From Callorhinchus milii (Eukaryota), in the NCBI RefSeq assembly GCF_018977255.1, contig NW_024704754.1:12834001-12898000 (forward strand): a stretch of DNA of 64,000 nucleotides. The letters run 5' to 3'. Below the pieces are notes generated by a model. It made no database searches, had not been told where the DNA came from, and saw only the letters and a list, made by a program, of their open reading frames with translations. Shown piece by piece: positions 48,896-61,617 of the stretch (the stretch's first letter is position 1; each line of letters starts with the position of its first letter). A program made the position numbers and the translations under genes.

Positions 48896-49182
48896 AGGAG
48901 TAATTATGGCCGTCATCACTCCTATTATTATTATTAGTAGTATTATTACAGGATATTTTCTCATTTACAATCACCTTCTGCGTCTGAAGGCTGAACCTAC
49001 GTTCAATCTAATGAGCTTATTTGCCATCAATTCCATGAACTTTAACATTCTATAAAAGTCTCACATAAGTCACTTTATCAAGTGCATTATAGAAAATCAT
49101 ATAAATGAAGTTGAAAGTAGTCTGTATGCAGTAGATTTGTGACTTATTACCTTTTGCATCTAATCTCTCAACCATTTTCCCC

Positions 49183-49260
49183 CAGTCAGCCTGGGCTAGG
49201 TTCCAATGCAGGTTGCAAAAGTGAAAGGCCAGTGTTTAGCTCAGTGCACCACCCAACCCC
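49183..49260 (-). mobile_element. LF-SINE-like tRNA head
   Basis: Reverse complement ggggttgggtggtgcactgag..actggcctttcactt..ggaacctagcccaggctg; similar to 11680-11737. Confidence 0.5.
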
Positions 49261-49918
49261 TCGAGACAAGTAATACGAACATTCAAAAACACGAGGAATT
49301 TGTGCAAACCATTTAGGAATGAAACACAAACGCATGGAAACGTCTAACATCTGCCACAGAATAAAGATTCGGAATGATTTGGAAGAAGGTAGGGAAAATG
49401 TCTCAGGAATCCTTCTCGTGATGGCACAAAGCCAAAATTCACAGTCAACTGGAATTCCATTTGGGGAGGTTCTCATACAGGCGATATAATGAGACACACA
49501 TGTGACATATAGTAATACACACAGTTTATAGTGGAATGTAAAGACTACGGATAAATGGGAAGTGAACTCTCGTCAATTGTTCCATAATCTGGCTCACATC
49601 AGCTAACGTAGCACAGACCGTATTTCAAAGGATTGCACTGATTCATGGAACAGAAAGACAGAGGCTGCTGTAAAGACATGCGCTTATCTGTAAAATGGTA
49701 TTGGAATGGCATCTTGATGATAGAAAAAGTGCCTCTGTTCAAAAAGTGTGACTCCTTCGAGGAATGCTATGGACATCCCACTGACTGGAAATCACATCAG
49801 AGCCAAGTTCCCTCAAGTCAGTCTGACATAGATTGGGGTTTCCTGCAAAGTCACATAATCTACCCCCAAGATGCTTTGTTATGGCATCAAGTTTTCATTC
49901 CTGTTCATGTGGACACGT

Positions 49919-50355
49919 GGAGTCCTGTATTGCATTAGTTAGTGCTCTCACCTCACAAGCAAGAGGACCTATGTTTAATTCCTTGGCAGCACGACATGTT
50001 AGGCAAGCTTTCTTTCTCCACACACCTGCTTATCTAGCAGTAAGTAGGAACCCGGTTGTTAGTCAATTGGTAGATCGCTTTTCTGGGGGTAATAAATAAT
50101 TAAAATAATTATTTAATAATTATATGTAATAATAAATGCATGGATTATTTATATTAATAATCCCTTAAAAAATGAATAATTTGGTCACTCAATCCATGAC
50201 TGTTTGTAGACACTGCAGTGCGCAATTGGTTGCTGTGTTTCGTCCCCAAAATATACAGTCAATTCACTTTGCAGTATATTCTGTGAAGTGCTCTGAGACG
50301 TCTCAATGATGTGATAAGGCGCTATATCAAATGCAAGGTTTATTATTATTATTAT
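49919..50355 (+). mobile_element. Full-length young SINE, long form, with internal AT-rich expansion
   Basis: Decayed ggagtcctgta head, ctagcagtaagtaggaacccggttgttagtc body, AT-rich insert 50095-50160, intact tail. Confidence 0.9.
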
Positions 50356-50394
50356 TTCCTACTCCCACATCTTTTCAACAGCACTTTTTAAACT

Positions 50395-50645
50395 CCACTG
50401 TTTGAAATTAGAGCCAAGGTTATTGGAAGTGAGATAAGAACACATTTATTCACGTGAAAAGTTATGAGAAAGTGGGATAGATTGCTCCAGAAGTCTGTAG
50501 TTGCAGAATTGATTGGGATGTTTAAAAGTGAGATAGACAAATACAGAGAAGTAAAGATATAAAGGGATATGGAAAAAAGGCTGGGAAGAGTTTGGAAAAT
50601 CTGACACACTCGATAGGCTGTTTGGCTTCCTCATGTTTCTATGAG
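50395..50645 (+). mobile_element. Old CR1 3' fragment
   Basis: gagataagaacacatttattcacg..gtgggatagattgc..tttaaaagtgagatagacaaat..aagggatatgg. Confidence 0.65.
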
Positions 50646-51090
50646 AAAGGATTGGAACTAATAAAGACCATTTACTCATCAGACTTCTTCCTTCCACAAA
50701 CTGTTCCTTTCACTCAATATAAACTGTACTCAATTCTTTTAATATCCTGGAAAAGTGCTGGAGAGATTCATCCCTTCTCAGTGGTAAAATGAGCAAAACC
50801 TCTGAATCCTCACCTAGCCTCAAGTCCTGCAAGACAGGCATGGGAATCAATGGGAAATAATATTTGCTCGTATTCCAAATCCTGCTCATTGCTTTGCTTT
50901 GGTACAAGACTCGGGTGTAATGTACAGAGGATTACAGGAAGCCTGAAGTGCAGTATCTGTTTCAATAAGTAACCCAACCCAGTGTTGCCATCATTAAAAC
51001 TCAAAATAGCACGAGATCTGTTCAGATGAAGAACTTCAGCCTGTTTGATCTCATCCTTCCAGAATACCCAGTATCTGGCTCCACTAGTAA

Positions 51091-51131
51091 ATTTTCTATT
51101 AGTGTAGTGGCTAACTACACTAATAGAAAAT
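51091..51131. repeat. Perfect inverted repeat, 18-bp arms, 5-nt loop
   Basis: attttctattagtgtagt ggcta actacactaatagaaaat. Confidence 0.95.
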
Positions 51132-53711
51132 CTATTAGGCTTTGCACTGAGTCATAATGGCTGTCCACTCATTAGCTAGCAAACACACAAGCTTAAAAAC
51201 ACAAAGAGCACCTGTTAGCACTCAGCAAGGAGACATCTGTTGAAAACACAACAGTTTAAAGTATAAATTTGTTTGGTTTGGATACCAATCATATTATAGC
51301 AGGTTTCAAAAATGGCTCTGGGCATAGTTTTAATTCAATCTGCATTAAAAGTATGTCAGATTGTTCTACTTCTACAATGTAGAAAGCGACAGAAAATTGG
51401 AGAGAAAGAGATTTAGACAAAGAGAGTGTGAAGGGGAGAAATGTGCTATAGTGTGGTGCTATAGTGATAATTATAACTTCTAATGGAAGAGTTTTTTTAG
51501 ATTGCACTAAAGCCTAATTTGTATTTTGTGTGACGTCCAATTATCTGCATGGTTCGCTTATCCATAATGGGGCCCATCCCAATTAGGGTGGATAATCAGC
51601 TCTCTACCATATCAATGATTGTTTTTATCAAAAACAACTATTTGGTTAGTACACAGCAACAATGTTATAAGGTTTTTCCTTATAAGATGGGTTTGCTTAT
51701 AGAAAGGGTGCCCTGTAGAACTGTGCTAAAACTCAGATAGTTTTCTGCACACTAAAGAATGTCTGACTGCCAGGTTGTCAGATCATTGTCAACGTCACTT
51801 CCTACATGTCATGTATCAGCTCAAGAATATGCACAGAAGGTGCAATTAATATTACTCCCTGTGTGTTGCATCTATGGGTGAAATGCGCAGGACGTCCCAT
51901 TGACATCAATTTGCAAAGAAAGTGAAGTTCGCGGCACTTTTTGCACATAGCATGCATTTGCACTGTGTATGTCAGTGGTGACTGGAAGGGTCGCAAAAAA
52001 ACAGTACTTATGTACGCAACACACCACAAATGAAGTCAATGCAACCTCTTCACCCCAAAAGTTGGTATTTTTGTGTGTTGCATTATAACACAAGGCCTGA
52101 GATATAAGACCCAGATGATGGCCTTATAATGATGTCCTGTAGATGGCTTGTTTTGAGTTTTTTTGATGTTACAAAATCTTGAAATTAATTTGTTTGCTTT
52201 TATATAAATTTACCTCCCACCAAAAAAAAATTCAGGGTTTTATTTTGTGGACAAAAACTAACTTTAATAGGCCTTAAATATATTTTTAATATTTAACATT
52301 TGTCCAAACAATTTTGCAGCAATTCCATAAACAAGGCACTCCTGTACTGTGGTATATGTGTTCTTCTTAGACAGAGGCATAAGAGAGCTTACGATTCTCG
52401 AAATATATAAGATTACTATTTATTGTATATAATTGCTACAGTATTCATTAATTGACCCTATGGAAGCACTTCTACCTCACACACGCTGCTTCTCCTATTC
52501 CCCAGTCTCATCCAGGTCCTTTCCTCACCCTCTCTTTGGCCCCATCTTACATTATTCCTCAGTACTTTTCCTCCCACCCTCTCCAGGCTCCTGTTCCACA
52601 CTCAGTGTCTCAGTCCTCCTCCCATGTCCAGCATCTACCAGGCACCTGCCTCACTTTCTATGGAGCGAGAGTGAGGTTTAGACAATGAGAGGGGGAGCTT
52701 ACCCAGCTCCTCCAACTCAATTCAAACATGTACGTTCTGTCATGCAAACTATACTCTCCTTCAACTGGGGAAACAGAAATGGTGAGGCAGGAGCCTGGAA
52801 GAGGCATAGGTAACCGCGCAGAGTGCAAATCACTTACACTTTTTGGTTCATTAAAAGTTCACTCTGGCTCTAATGTTGAATCATAAATGCAGAATATTTT
52901 TTATCATAATACTGGCACATGTATCACTCAGTTTCTCCTATTTTATTACAATACCAGAGGAAGAGCCAGGTGCATAAACCATAAACCTTGAGACCTGGAG
53001 GAGAGGAGGAGATGTATTCAAACGTTGGGGTTAGATGATGGCAAAGTTGTGCTTTAAAAGAAGTAGACTGGGAGGAAGGGAACATTGAAGGAGGTAAGGA
53101 GGGAAATAATGAATTAGAGTGGAATTGGGTTTGATTTTGTCACATTAAGAATGCAGGAAGGAGGAAGAGTGTGTAGGATGGACAATTGGAAGCTTGAGAG
53201 GGAAGAGAGGAACAGTTAGAGGAGCAATAACCAGGATGGTAATCAAAGCTCTTTGAGACACCTCAATGATGATAAGGCGCTATATAAAATGAAAGGATTA
53301 TTCTTATAACTGTACCATTGGCTGGTTCACAGTAATGATAGATTTGGATGTGATACAACTTAGGAGCTATGACATTGCTGGGTAATGCATGATTATTATA
53401 ATGATAGTAGAAAACTCGCAGATTAGCAAGCAAATATTCTATCACACTGTAAAGCTTTTTAGTCAATTCCAACTAGTTTCCCAATCAGAAAGCATGCTTA
53501 TGCTAAAATATAATCTTCTATTATTCTAATAAAACGACAATAAAACTAATAAAACGTCTGTCTGTGCTTCAAGAAGGATCTCAATAACCGATTGACATAC
53601 AAACATGATTTATACCTCATCGGAAAGGTATTGCACCTGCGAGTGACATGGGCATATTTGTTTGCGGGTATCTCCTATCATTCATGAGTTATTTTCAGTT
53701 TTGCTTTTTTC

Positions 53712-53861
53712 ACTGCAGTTACATCTGGTGGCCACTGAGACAAAGTAGCACTGTGGCATCATGCGTCACAGAGCACCTAAATATGTACGCACATACTGCA
53801 GTTGAACCTGGTGGCCGGGCCGGCTGACCGTGGCACTGTGGCATCCTGCATCACAGAGCAC
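53712..53861 (+). repeat. Diverged direct duplication, period 83-85 bp
   Basis: actgcagtt..ctggtggcc..gcactgtggcatc.tgc.tcacagagcac occurs twice. Confidence 0.85.
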
Positions 53862-54206
53862 GCACATAGCCAAGCAGCGGGAACAAAATAAGGAACACAG
53901 ACTCGCGCTGAGTCCTCCCACAGGAGTCCTCCCCAATGAGTATAGATAAAGATGAAATGTCTGTGTGTCAATCTACATTCCATATTGGATCCTTTGGTTG
54001 CAAGCGAAGCTGCAACGGTTAAAGCTAGTAATAAATAATTGTAATCCTTGCATTTGATATAGTTGATATAGACATCAGGAGGATACTTTAAAAGCCCATC
54101 ACAGGATTTTCTGTAAGGTGTAGTTACTGTGTAATTTATAGGCAACATATGAACAGGAATGAGATGGTTTCAGAGTCAGAACAATGCAGACAAGTCCATT
54201 GTTTCC

Positions 54207-54515
54207 ATGATGGCTCAGTGGGTTTATTATTTTGTCATGAGCCATACAGACCAGGAAGATTCAGGCTGCATCCCAGGTTTGTGCTAAGTTATTAGGTCTC
54301 TCACAGGATGAGTTAAGGGGCACTTACGTTGGCCTGCGTTAAGGAAGCCAAGGTTTTTCAAACACACACACCAATGCAGGTGAACATTGGGTGAGGACAT
54401 CCAATGCACTTCTCTCATCAGTGTGACACTCACTGTCAATGCACACACAGGAATAATGGTCACAAAGTATCCAAGGAAAGAAGGAGTCAAATACCTTCAA
54501 GAGGTAATAAGAAAT
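54207..54515 (+). mobile_element. AmnSINE2-like ancient SINE, near full length
   Basis: tggctcagtgg..tgagccatacagaccaggaag..tgtgctaagtta..gggtgaggaca..gacactcactgtc..aggagtcaaataccttcaagagg. Confidence 0.65.
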
Positions 54516-55918
54516 GATAAATAAGAAATTGAGAAGAAACATACAGACAAGTCCTTGTTGCTGGTTGCCTGGTACTTTAGCCAATCCAGAAACAATAACA
54601 ATAACAAATTCAAGAACATTTTCCATTCTTCATCACTTAAACTTACATGTATTTTCATTCCTTAACACTGACTTAGTTGATTAATTGCAATTTTTTTTCA
54701 AAGAAAGTAATAATTCAGTTTGTTAAAAGAAAACTAAACGTGTTTAGACTGCCAACTCTTTAAGGCTCTTTCATTTCCCTGTTAAACACAGCACATAAAC
54801 ATGACACAGATGTCAACAGGTTTTTGAAGGGCCAATTATTGAACTGCCCCGTTCATGCCGTTTCCTTCCATCAAACGCGTTTTGCTTACATAAGCATCTT
54901 GATTTTACCCTGGAATTGCAGTAATGCCATCGGGCAGAACAGGCAGTGGAGACAAGATGTTCAGGCAATTAAATTATATCCAGGCAAACATTCCTCGCTT
55001 TACAGGCTGTCAGAGTGACATGACCACTTGGACCATGTGAGAAGAGCGTGTGTTCAGTTTAGTGGGATACAAGCAGAAAAGTAATGTAATCAAGTCAAGG
55101 GGGACCCTGCAGGAGCACACACACAGTGTGGTTCTATGGTGCTTATTATATTATTGTAACAGTGTGGATGACACAGAGAGCACCGTAACAGTGTGGGTTA
55201 GACAGGGAACACTATAATAGCACAGCATTACATGAGGAGCACTGATCCGCTGTGGCTTGGCAATACACAGGAGTGGCAGTTAACATTTGCCCAATCTAAG
55301 TTAAATACACCCTCCTTCTTTCCTACCACCATTGCAAGTGCTGTGATTTGCTGCAATTTTTGTAGTGAAATATTTGTGGAAAATGCAGGATAACTGGGAT
55401 TGGAGAGTAGCCAGCACCAGAGGATGATTCAGACGTTTCAGGAGAGGAGAATAATATAGTTGTGAGTGAGCACAAAACACCTTTAGAGGGAAATGTGCTG
55501 CAGATCAGAAGCCTCATCTTGGTCGATAAACGTAAACCCATTGTATCTGAAAATTTAAGGTCAACACAATTGTTGAAATTTTTCTCAGTCCTTAAAAAGA
55601 TTTCAAAGGAAAACTTACACACAGCAACGCAGAATAATCCGCAGTAAAGAAATGTGTGATTCTGTATTTTTGAATGTCAGAATTCCACCAAAACTGGGTT
55701 GGTTCAGAGATTTCCTTTAAGAAAGTGACAGTATCAAAAATCATAAAATCCAGCATGATTTGCACTGTTTGTAGATTTTGCAAAGCATCGATCGGTCTAA
55801 CCAGCAATCTCTTATCTATTGATCTCTGCTTGTATGTATCTCAATGCGAAAGCTGCAAATCTGTCCAGAGTCTCTATCTGTAACAGGAGATGGTGACCAC
55901 TTACTAACCTGTGGGCAG

Positions 55919-55937
55919 CACTGCCCCCTGTTGATCA
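55919..55937 (-). promoter_or_regulatory. CTCF-like binding motif
   Basis: Minus strand TGATCAACAGGGGGCAGTG versus consensus TGGCCACCAGGGGGCGCTA, in unique sequence. Confidence 0.5.
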
Positions 55938-56439
55938 CCAGGAGGCCCGCTGTGTGTCAAGGGCAAAGGTTAGCGTCATCTTCAGCAGTCAACAACCATT
56001 TCAGAAGGCTGAGATATACGCCTTTCTCAAAAGAAACACACTTATACAAATGGTTTTCTAATCCAGCTGTGCGGGTGTGAACTTTTATCCACTTGGAGAA
56101 CTCTTTGGCAGATTGCATTAACAGGATAAGATTACGATCACAAGTAATGTGTGGACTTATTTTTCTTTCCATTGCATAAGATGTGTAGAGTTAGAGCCAT
56201 TTTTTGGAAATAAATTGCAATGTTAGTCTGCGTGGGGCAGAATGTTAACACCATGAGAGGAGAGGGCAGACTGGAAATCAGTTGGGGTCTTGCTCCTGAT
56301 CACTATCCAGTGATCCTACTTCTGGAGATGCTCTTGTATAGATAGCATTGAGCTCGACTATGACTTCCCTCAATCACTGTTGTGGCTCAAAGAATATCAG
56401 CAATTCATTACGCATAGCTAAAACAGCTGTATGTGACTT

Positions 56440-56790
56440 TGAACTCACGTAGTCTAGGCTGACACCCCAATGAAATGCTTTGGGAGTACTGCATGGTTGG
56501 AGGTACCATCCTTCTGATGAGATGTTAAACCTTGGCCCCATCTGCCTGCTTGTCCAGATGGATGTTAAAGATTCATGGCACTATTCAAAAAGAGAAAGCA
56601 TTTTCTACCATTGTCCTGGCCAACAATCCCCCTAAATAAAAAAATAATCATTCACTTCATGGTTGTTTGTGGGACACAGTTGTGTGCACATTGGCTGCTG
56701 TGTTCTCCCATAAAATAGTCACTACATGTTACAGTATATTTGAGATGCTTTGAGACTCCTCCCCATATGAAAGGTGCTATATTATTCTTT
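56440..56790 (+). mobile_element. Deu-domain SINE
   Basis: gtctaggctgacacccca..gatgagatgttaaacc..gatgttaaagattcatggcactatt..tgtcctggccaaca..tttgtgggacac. Confidence 0.85.
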
Positions 56791-56887
56791 TTTTAATGCA
56801 AATCAGATTCTCTGAGAAAATATTGGTTTGCTGCATCTCAAATCTCCCTGAGTTTCAATAAATCTCTCTGGTCTAGAGCTCCATTTA

Positions 56888-57045
56888 TATAATAATCTTT
56901 GCATTTGATATAAGGCCTTATCACCTCTTCGAGATGTATCAAAGCGCTTCACTGAATATACTGTAAAGTGAATTGTAGGCAAAATGCAGCAGCCAATTGC
57001 ACACAGTAGTGTCCCATGACCAGTTGTGGATTAAGTGACTAATTT
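56888..57045 (-). mobile_element. 5'-truncated young SINE
   Basis: Tail plus gcagccaattgcacacagtagtgtccca. Confidence 0.85.
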
Positions 57046-57180
57046 TTCTTTTTCTTTTTTAAGGGATAAAGAGACTGTCTAGATCAGTGGTTGCCAAACA
57101 GAAGTAGCCCATGGGTTGTCAAGAAGTACCTCCCTGAAGATTTGCACAAGTCTAGATAAGTGTATGTTCGATCAGTGTAT

Positions 57181-57241
57181 TTTTCTTGATTGAATATTTC
57201 TTGATTGATGGCACAAATCAAGAAACATTCAATCAAGAAAA
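57181..57241. repeat. Near-perfect inverted repeat, 26-bp arms, 9-nt loop
   Basis: ttttcttgattgaatatttcttgatt / aatcaagaaacattcaatcaagaaaa, one mismatch. Confidence 0.95.
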
Positions 57242-57922
57242 TGTATTTTGTTGGCTGAATATCAAGGTTGGTCACCACAGGTCTAAATGCTGAGAGAGCT
57301 CGTGAATATTCAGAACCAAAAACAAAGCCAAAGAGGCATGTGGTATGTGGAAGAAATTTGCAACCAGGGACTGCTTTGGTGAAGCATAACGTAGGGCAGA
57401 AAAAGCATGAAACCACAAGATGCCATGCCAAGGACAAGCATACAAACACCAAATGCTCCCTCAAGACCACAGACAATGTCACTAGTTCCTAGGATTGAAG
57501 CATGCTAATAGAGTACAAGTCAAATACTTATACTCAAGTCTTTGCCTGGGACACTGATCGGGGTGAGTGGCACATCTTTACAATAAACCTGCAAAGGTAA
57601 GTCTGCAGTCAACCAACACATCGAACTGCACAATTTATGCTGGCTTCACAGTGTCCTTTGGGACATTCGGAGCTTGGATTAGCCTGGGTGAAAAACATGA
57701 GAACATACACCATTATTACCACATAAATGAACAGAAGACTTAAAGGAGAGGGCACACTGCATTAATCATCCACACGGGCTGGGCTGTTTCTACCCAACAC
57801 ACATTCCGATTAAAATTCAGAGGGTGACTGCTTTATGTCACCTAGAAATGCAGCTGACTGATGCTAACACACATGTTCCGCACAATTGCAGGCAACTCAG
57901 ATATTAGGCCTTCAAGATTTTA

Positions 57923-58260
57923 ATAATAATAAACCACTTGATATGCACCTTATGTCAGTTAAACATCTGAAAGCACTTCACAAGATTTTACTGTGGAGTG
58001 ACTATGTATTTGTAGGCCAACATAGCAACCAATTTGCACACATCAATGTCCCACAGACAGCCATGAAGTGAATTACGAATTTTATTGGGGGAATTGTTGG
58101 CCACAATACCAGGAAAAATCCTGCTTTTGTTGAATAGTGCTGTGGGATCTTTACCGTCTACAAATGGGACTTTGGTTTAATGTCTCATCTGAAAGATGAC
58201 ACCTCCAAAAATGCAGCTGTACCCCAGCATTTACACTGGAGCACCAGCCCAGACTGCACA
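57923..58260 (-). mobile_element. Deu-domain SINE
   Basis: aatgtcccacagacagc..gaatagtgctgtgggatcttta..ggtttaatgtctcatctgaaagatgacacctcc. Confidence 0.82.
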
Positions 58261-59359
58261 ACAAACCAGGGGCCAGACATCTCCACAATTGTTCTTTAAC
58301 TAGTGTCATTTTCAGAATAATCCAAGGGCTATTAAATTCACTTTACACTCGCTGGTGGGAGGATGAGCAAGGCTGGAGAACATTTTGCATTTTGTACCTG
58401 ATACAGGCTCAAATGAAGACATATGCCAACAGTACAATAATGTAATTAGAATTTCCCTGGTTGTGCTACTGATAAGGAATTTGTGTAAAGGCACTTTAAG
58501 CATTTTCATGTCTGGGTTTTAAGGAGTAATAGAGAGTAAAAGATGCAATTAGGACCAACTTACAGGCAGTGGAGACAGATCACTAATCAAATCCTTTAAC
58601 CGAATGTAAAAATGCAAGGAAATGGATTTCTCTCTGTCTGATACAAAGTCCTGGCGCCACTGGTTTTATTCATATTTGGTGAGAGAATAAAGCATAGGGC
58701 AATAGTCTTCTATTCCCTGCATTCATTTCTCTCAAATTTACAACCCGGCTAAAGTGATAGTTTACTTTAAATAGCATCTGTGAACGGGTTTAACTCTGTC
58801 ATGGCCATTCAAGACTGAGCCCTGAGAAAGAGAGACAGTGGGATTGGAGCTTGGGAAAGAGACACAGTGGGAGGTCAGGAAACACTGTAGAAATCAAACT
58901 GGCAAACCAGAAAATTCAAGTGTGAAATAGTGGACAGAGACCTACAAAGAAAATAAGTCAAGATCTGGATTGGAGGAAGCGCATAAAAATAAGAGATTAA
59001 AGTGAGGAAAAAAAACATTGCCACAAAAAGCTCCTTGAAGACACTTCTTGAGATTATTGCCCTGGAAAAAAACATGCAATAACACTACACTGTAGTCTTA
59101 ACCAACTTCCTGTTATAAATATGCTCAACAACCTGAATAGATATCTGATCCAAGTGTAAAATTAATTCAAACATGAAATTCCATTGCATCCGAACCTTTC
59201 CATTCATACTCCATTATCAGCAACAACAGCAGCTAAAACAGCAACATCCATGATTCCAATCAAACTAGAAAATACTCCAAAGTTTTCAGTATGTTACATA
59301 CAACTTATTTTATTTATTTTGCCATAAATAAATCTTTTTCCAGCGTTTTTATATCATAA

Positions 59360-59480
59360 TAAACAATAATCCTTGCATTTGATATAGTCCCTCATCATGT
59401 CTTCGAGATGTCTCAATGCGCTTCACAAGCTTTACGTGTAAAATTGATCGACTGTATATTTTTGTGGGCAAAACGCGGCA
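59360..59480 (-). mobile_element. 5'-truncated young SINE
   Basis: aataatccttgcatttgatatag..gactgtatatttttgtgggcaaaacgcggca. Confidence 0.85.
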
Positions 59481-59669
59481 TATTGCTATTTGTAGCAATC
59501 AATTTAAGATTGAACCCCTGTACGTTAAGTTTGTTGAAATGTATTGTTCAGACTGGATATAAATACCCTTTAATAACACAATAATTAAATGTGGAATACA
59601 GACCAAGACATCTTAGGTTTGACGAAATTCTGTGCTTGGAGATAGTGCGATGTAAGTTGGTGTCAACCT

Positions 59670-60090
59670 ACCTCAGTTAGTAACACTCTGTCTCTGACCA
59701 AAATATTGCAGATTCAAGCCACAAATCAGGACTTGAACTTCTAGTCCAGACTGCAGTGCAGAATTGGGGAAGTGCTGCATTGTCCAACCTGCTGTCCTTC
59801 ACATCAGATGTTATACTGAGGTCTCATTTTCTATTCAGGTAAATGATAAAAACGCCACCAAACTATGTGAAAAGGGAAGTTTCTCCCAGTGTCCTGACTA
59901 ACACTCCTCCACATGAAGTAGTCACTTATCTCATGACTGTTTGTAGGATTTTGCTGTGCACAAAGTTCCTTGCTGTGTTTCCACTACAGCCACAGTCACT
60001 ACACTTACAGACAGCAATTACCTGTGGAGTGATTTAGGATGTTTCAGCGTTATAGGCACAATATAAACTTCAAGCATTATTATTATTTTA
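59670..60090 (+). mobile_element. Old tRNA-headed Deu-domain SINE
   Basis: ctcagttagtaacactct..ttcaagccac..gtgctgcattgtc..cagtgtcctgac..ctgtttgtaggattttgctgtgcaca. Confidence 0.72.
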
Positions 60091-61617
60091 TTCCAACCCA
60101 GCAAGCACTGGTAATCTGTCACTATATGAGCTGTGGGCTCAGTCTCACAAAAGCCGCATGCAAAATGAGATGTAAATGCTCGAGCATCCCCAGCCTCTAC
60201 CTATTGCAGTGCACATCACAGAGGAGGGGCCGCAGGGAGATCATTGAGAGATAAATTTCTAACCCCCACCCCCCGGGTTTTATTTTTCTGAATTTAAAAG
60301 ATTTAATATGTTTTCATTTTAATATGCATTTCATTTCCAGGCTGCTTGTCCCTTCAGGGCTCAAAATCCAACTCGATTTATTTCAGGAAGAATGCATTTG
60401 TGATACAACTCCTGAAGAACACCATGCGCACAAGGGGGGAAAAAAGTGCTGCAAAAGTACCTCAGCGGGGATTCAGTGAAGACTTTTGCCCAAGGCACAA
60501 AATCGTACCAGCCCACCCTCAACCTGGTTGGCACACCCCCTCCCAGGCACTAAGCACACCCAAAGGTAATTACAAACAGGAGCACCGAGGATATTGGCAT
60601 GCTCCTTTCAGTTTGTGCCTGTGCCCGTCTACAAATTAGGTTAGGGTCATCCCCGCAAAATAAAAATAGTATAATGAGGCCCTGAAATCCAGAGTGCTTG
60701 CTTGGGTGTATTAAGAATCACAAGCTACAAGCCAGCTGCTCTATTGAGGAATGATTCTTGTAAAAGTGCTGAGTTTTTTTCTTCCCCTCCACCTAAAGTT
60801 TTGGGTTGAATACTACGCTTTTGGGTGTCACGGCATTCCACAGACACACTTTATCACAATGTCAATTTATTGCCTAATTTAACCCAAGGTCTCATACAAC
60901 TAATTCTTTGTTTTACAGAACTTCTGTCACTTTCATTCCACCCCATCCATCATTTTCTTTATAGAGAGACCTGCAAACATAATTTTAGTAATGTAATTTA
61001 GCCCCCATTGCATTCCCTGTACATTACTTCCTGACAATCGCTTTGATTTATTGCCTGCAACAACTTAACTGACCAGGAGGTGGATGAAAATCTGGTCATC
61101 TGATTCAATATTCAAATTGAAACCAATCAGGTACAATAAAAGAAATTCCAGCTCTTGAATGTATCGCTGGGAAATTGAAAAGATTGCTTCTCGGTGCCAG
61201 GTCAAGATGTTATAAGGTCTAGTACAGCTTGGTGCATAAAAACCTTTTGTAAATCTCCTTTTCTAAACTTTCCTTCAATTTAAAGGAATAACTCAAAAGG
61301 GTGTGGTGGAAAATAAAGATGTTGTTTGTCTGGATTGCTGGAACTGTTCATTTTTCCCAATGACTTGCTCTCTGATGAACATCTAGGGATCACTGCCAAA
61401 GTACAACTCAAGCCATGTCTCTTTGCTTTTAATAGCACATTAGGGTTAGTTAGGGGGAAGTTTTATTTCTCGTCTCTCAAGAGCCATGAGGTGAATGATC
61501 AATTAATCTGAAAGTATTTTTGGCAAATGTTCAACTGCCCACAAAACGCTGTGCTACAATTTACGGTAAATACACAAAGTGCTTTGAGGCATCCACCCAA
61601 CATGAAAGGTGCTCTAA

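Noticed and set aside
49532-49552. miR-1-like tggaatgtaaaga
   Set aside because: Only 13 nt match, the 3' end diverges and there is no complementary 5' arm
57502-57600. Cadherin-like QVFAWDTDRG next to GTGAGT and GTAAGT donors
   Set aside because: Single short motif; the upstream frame is closed and no other cadherin repeat motifs are present
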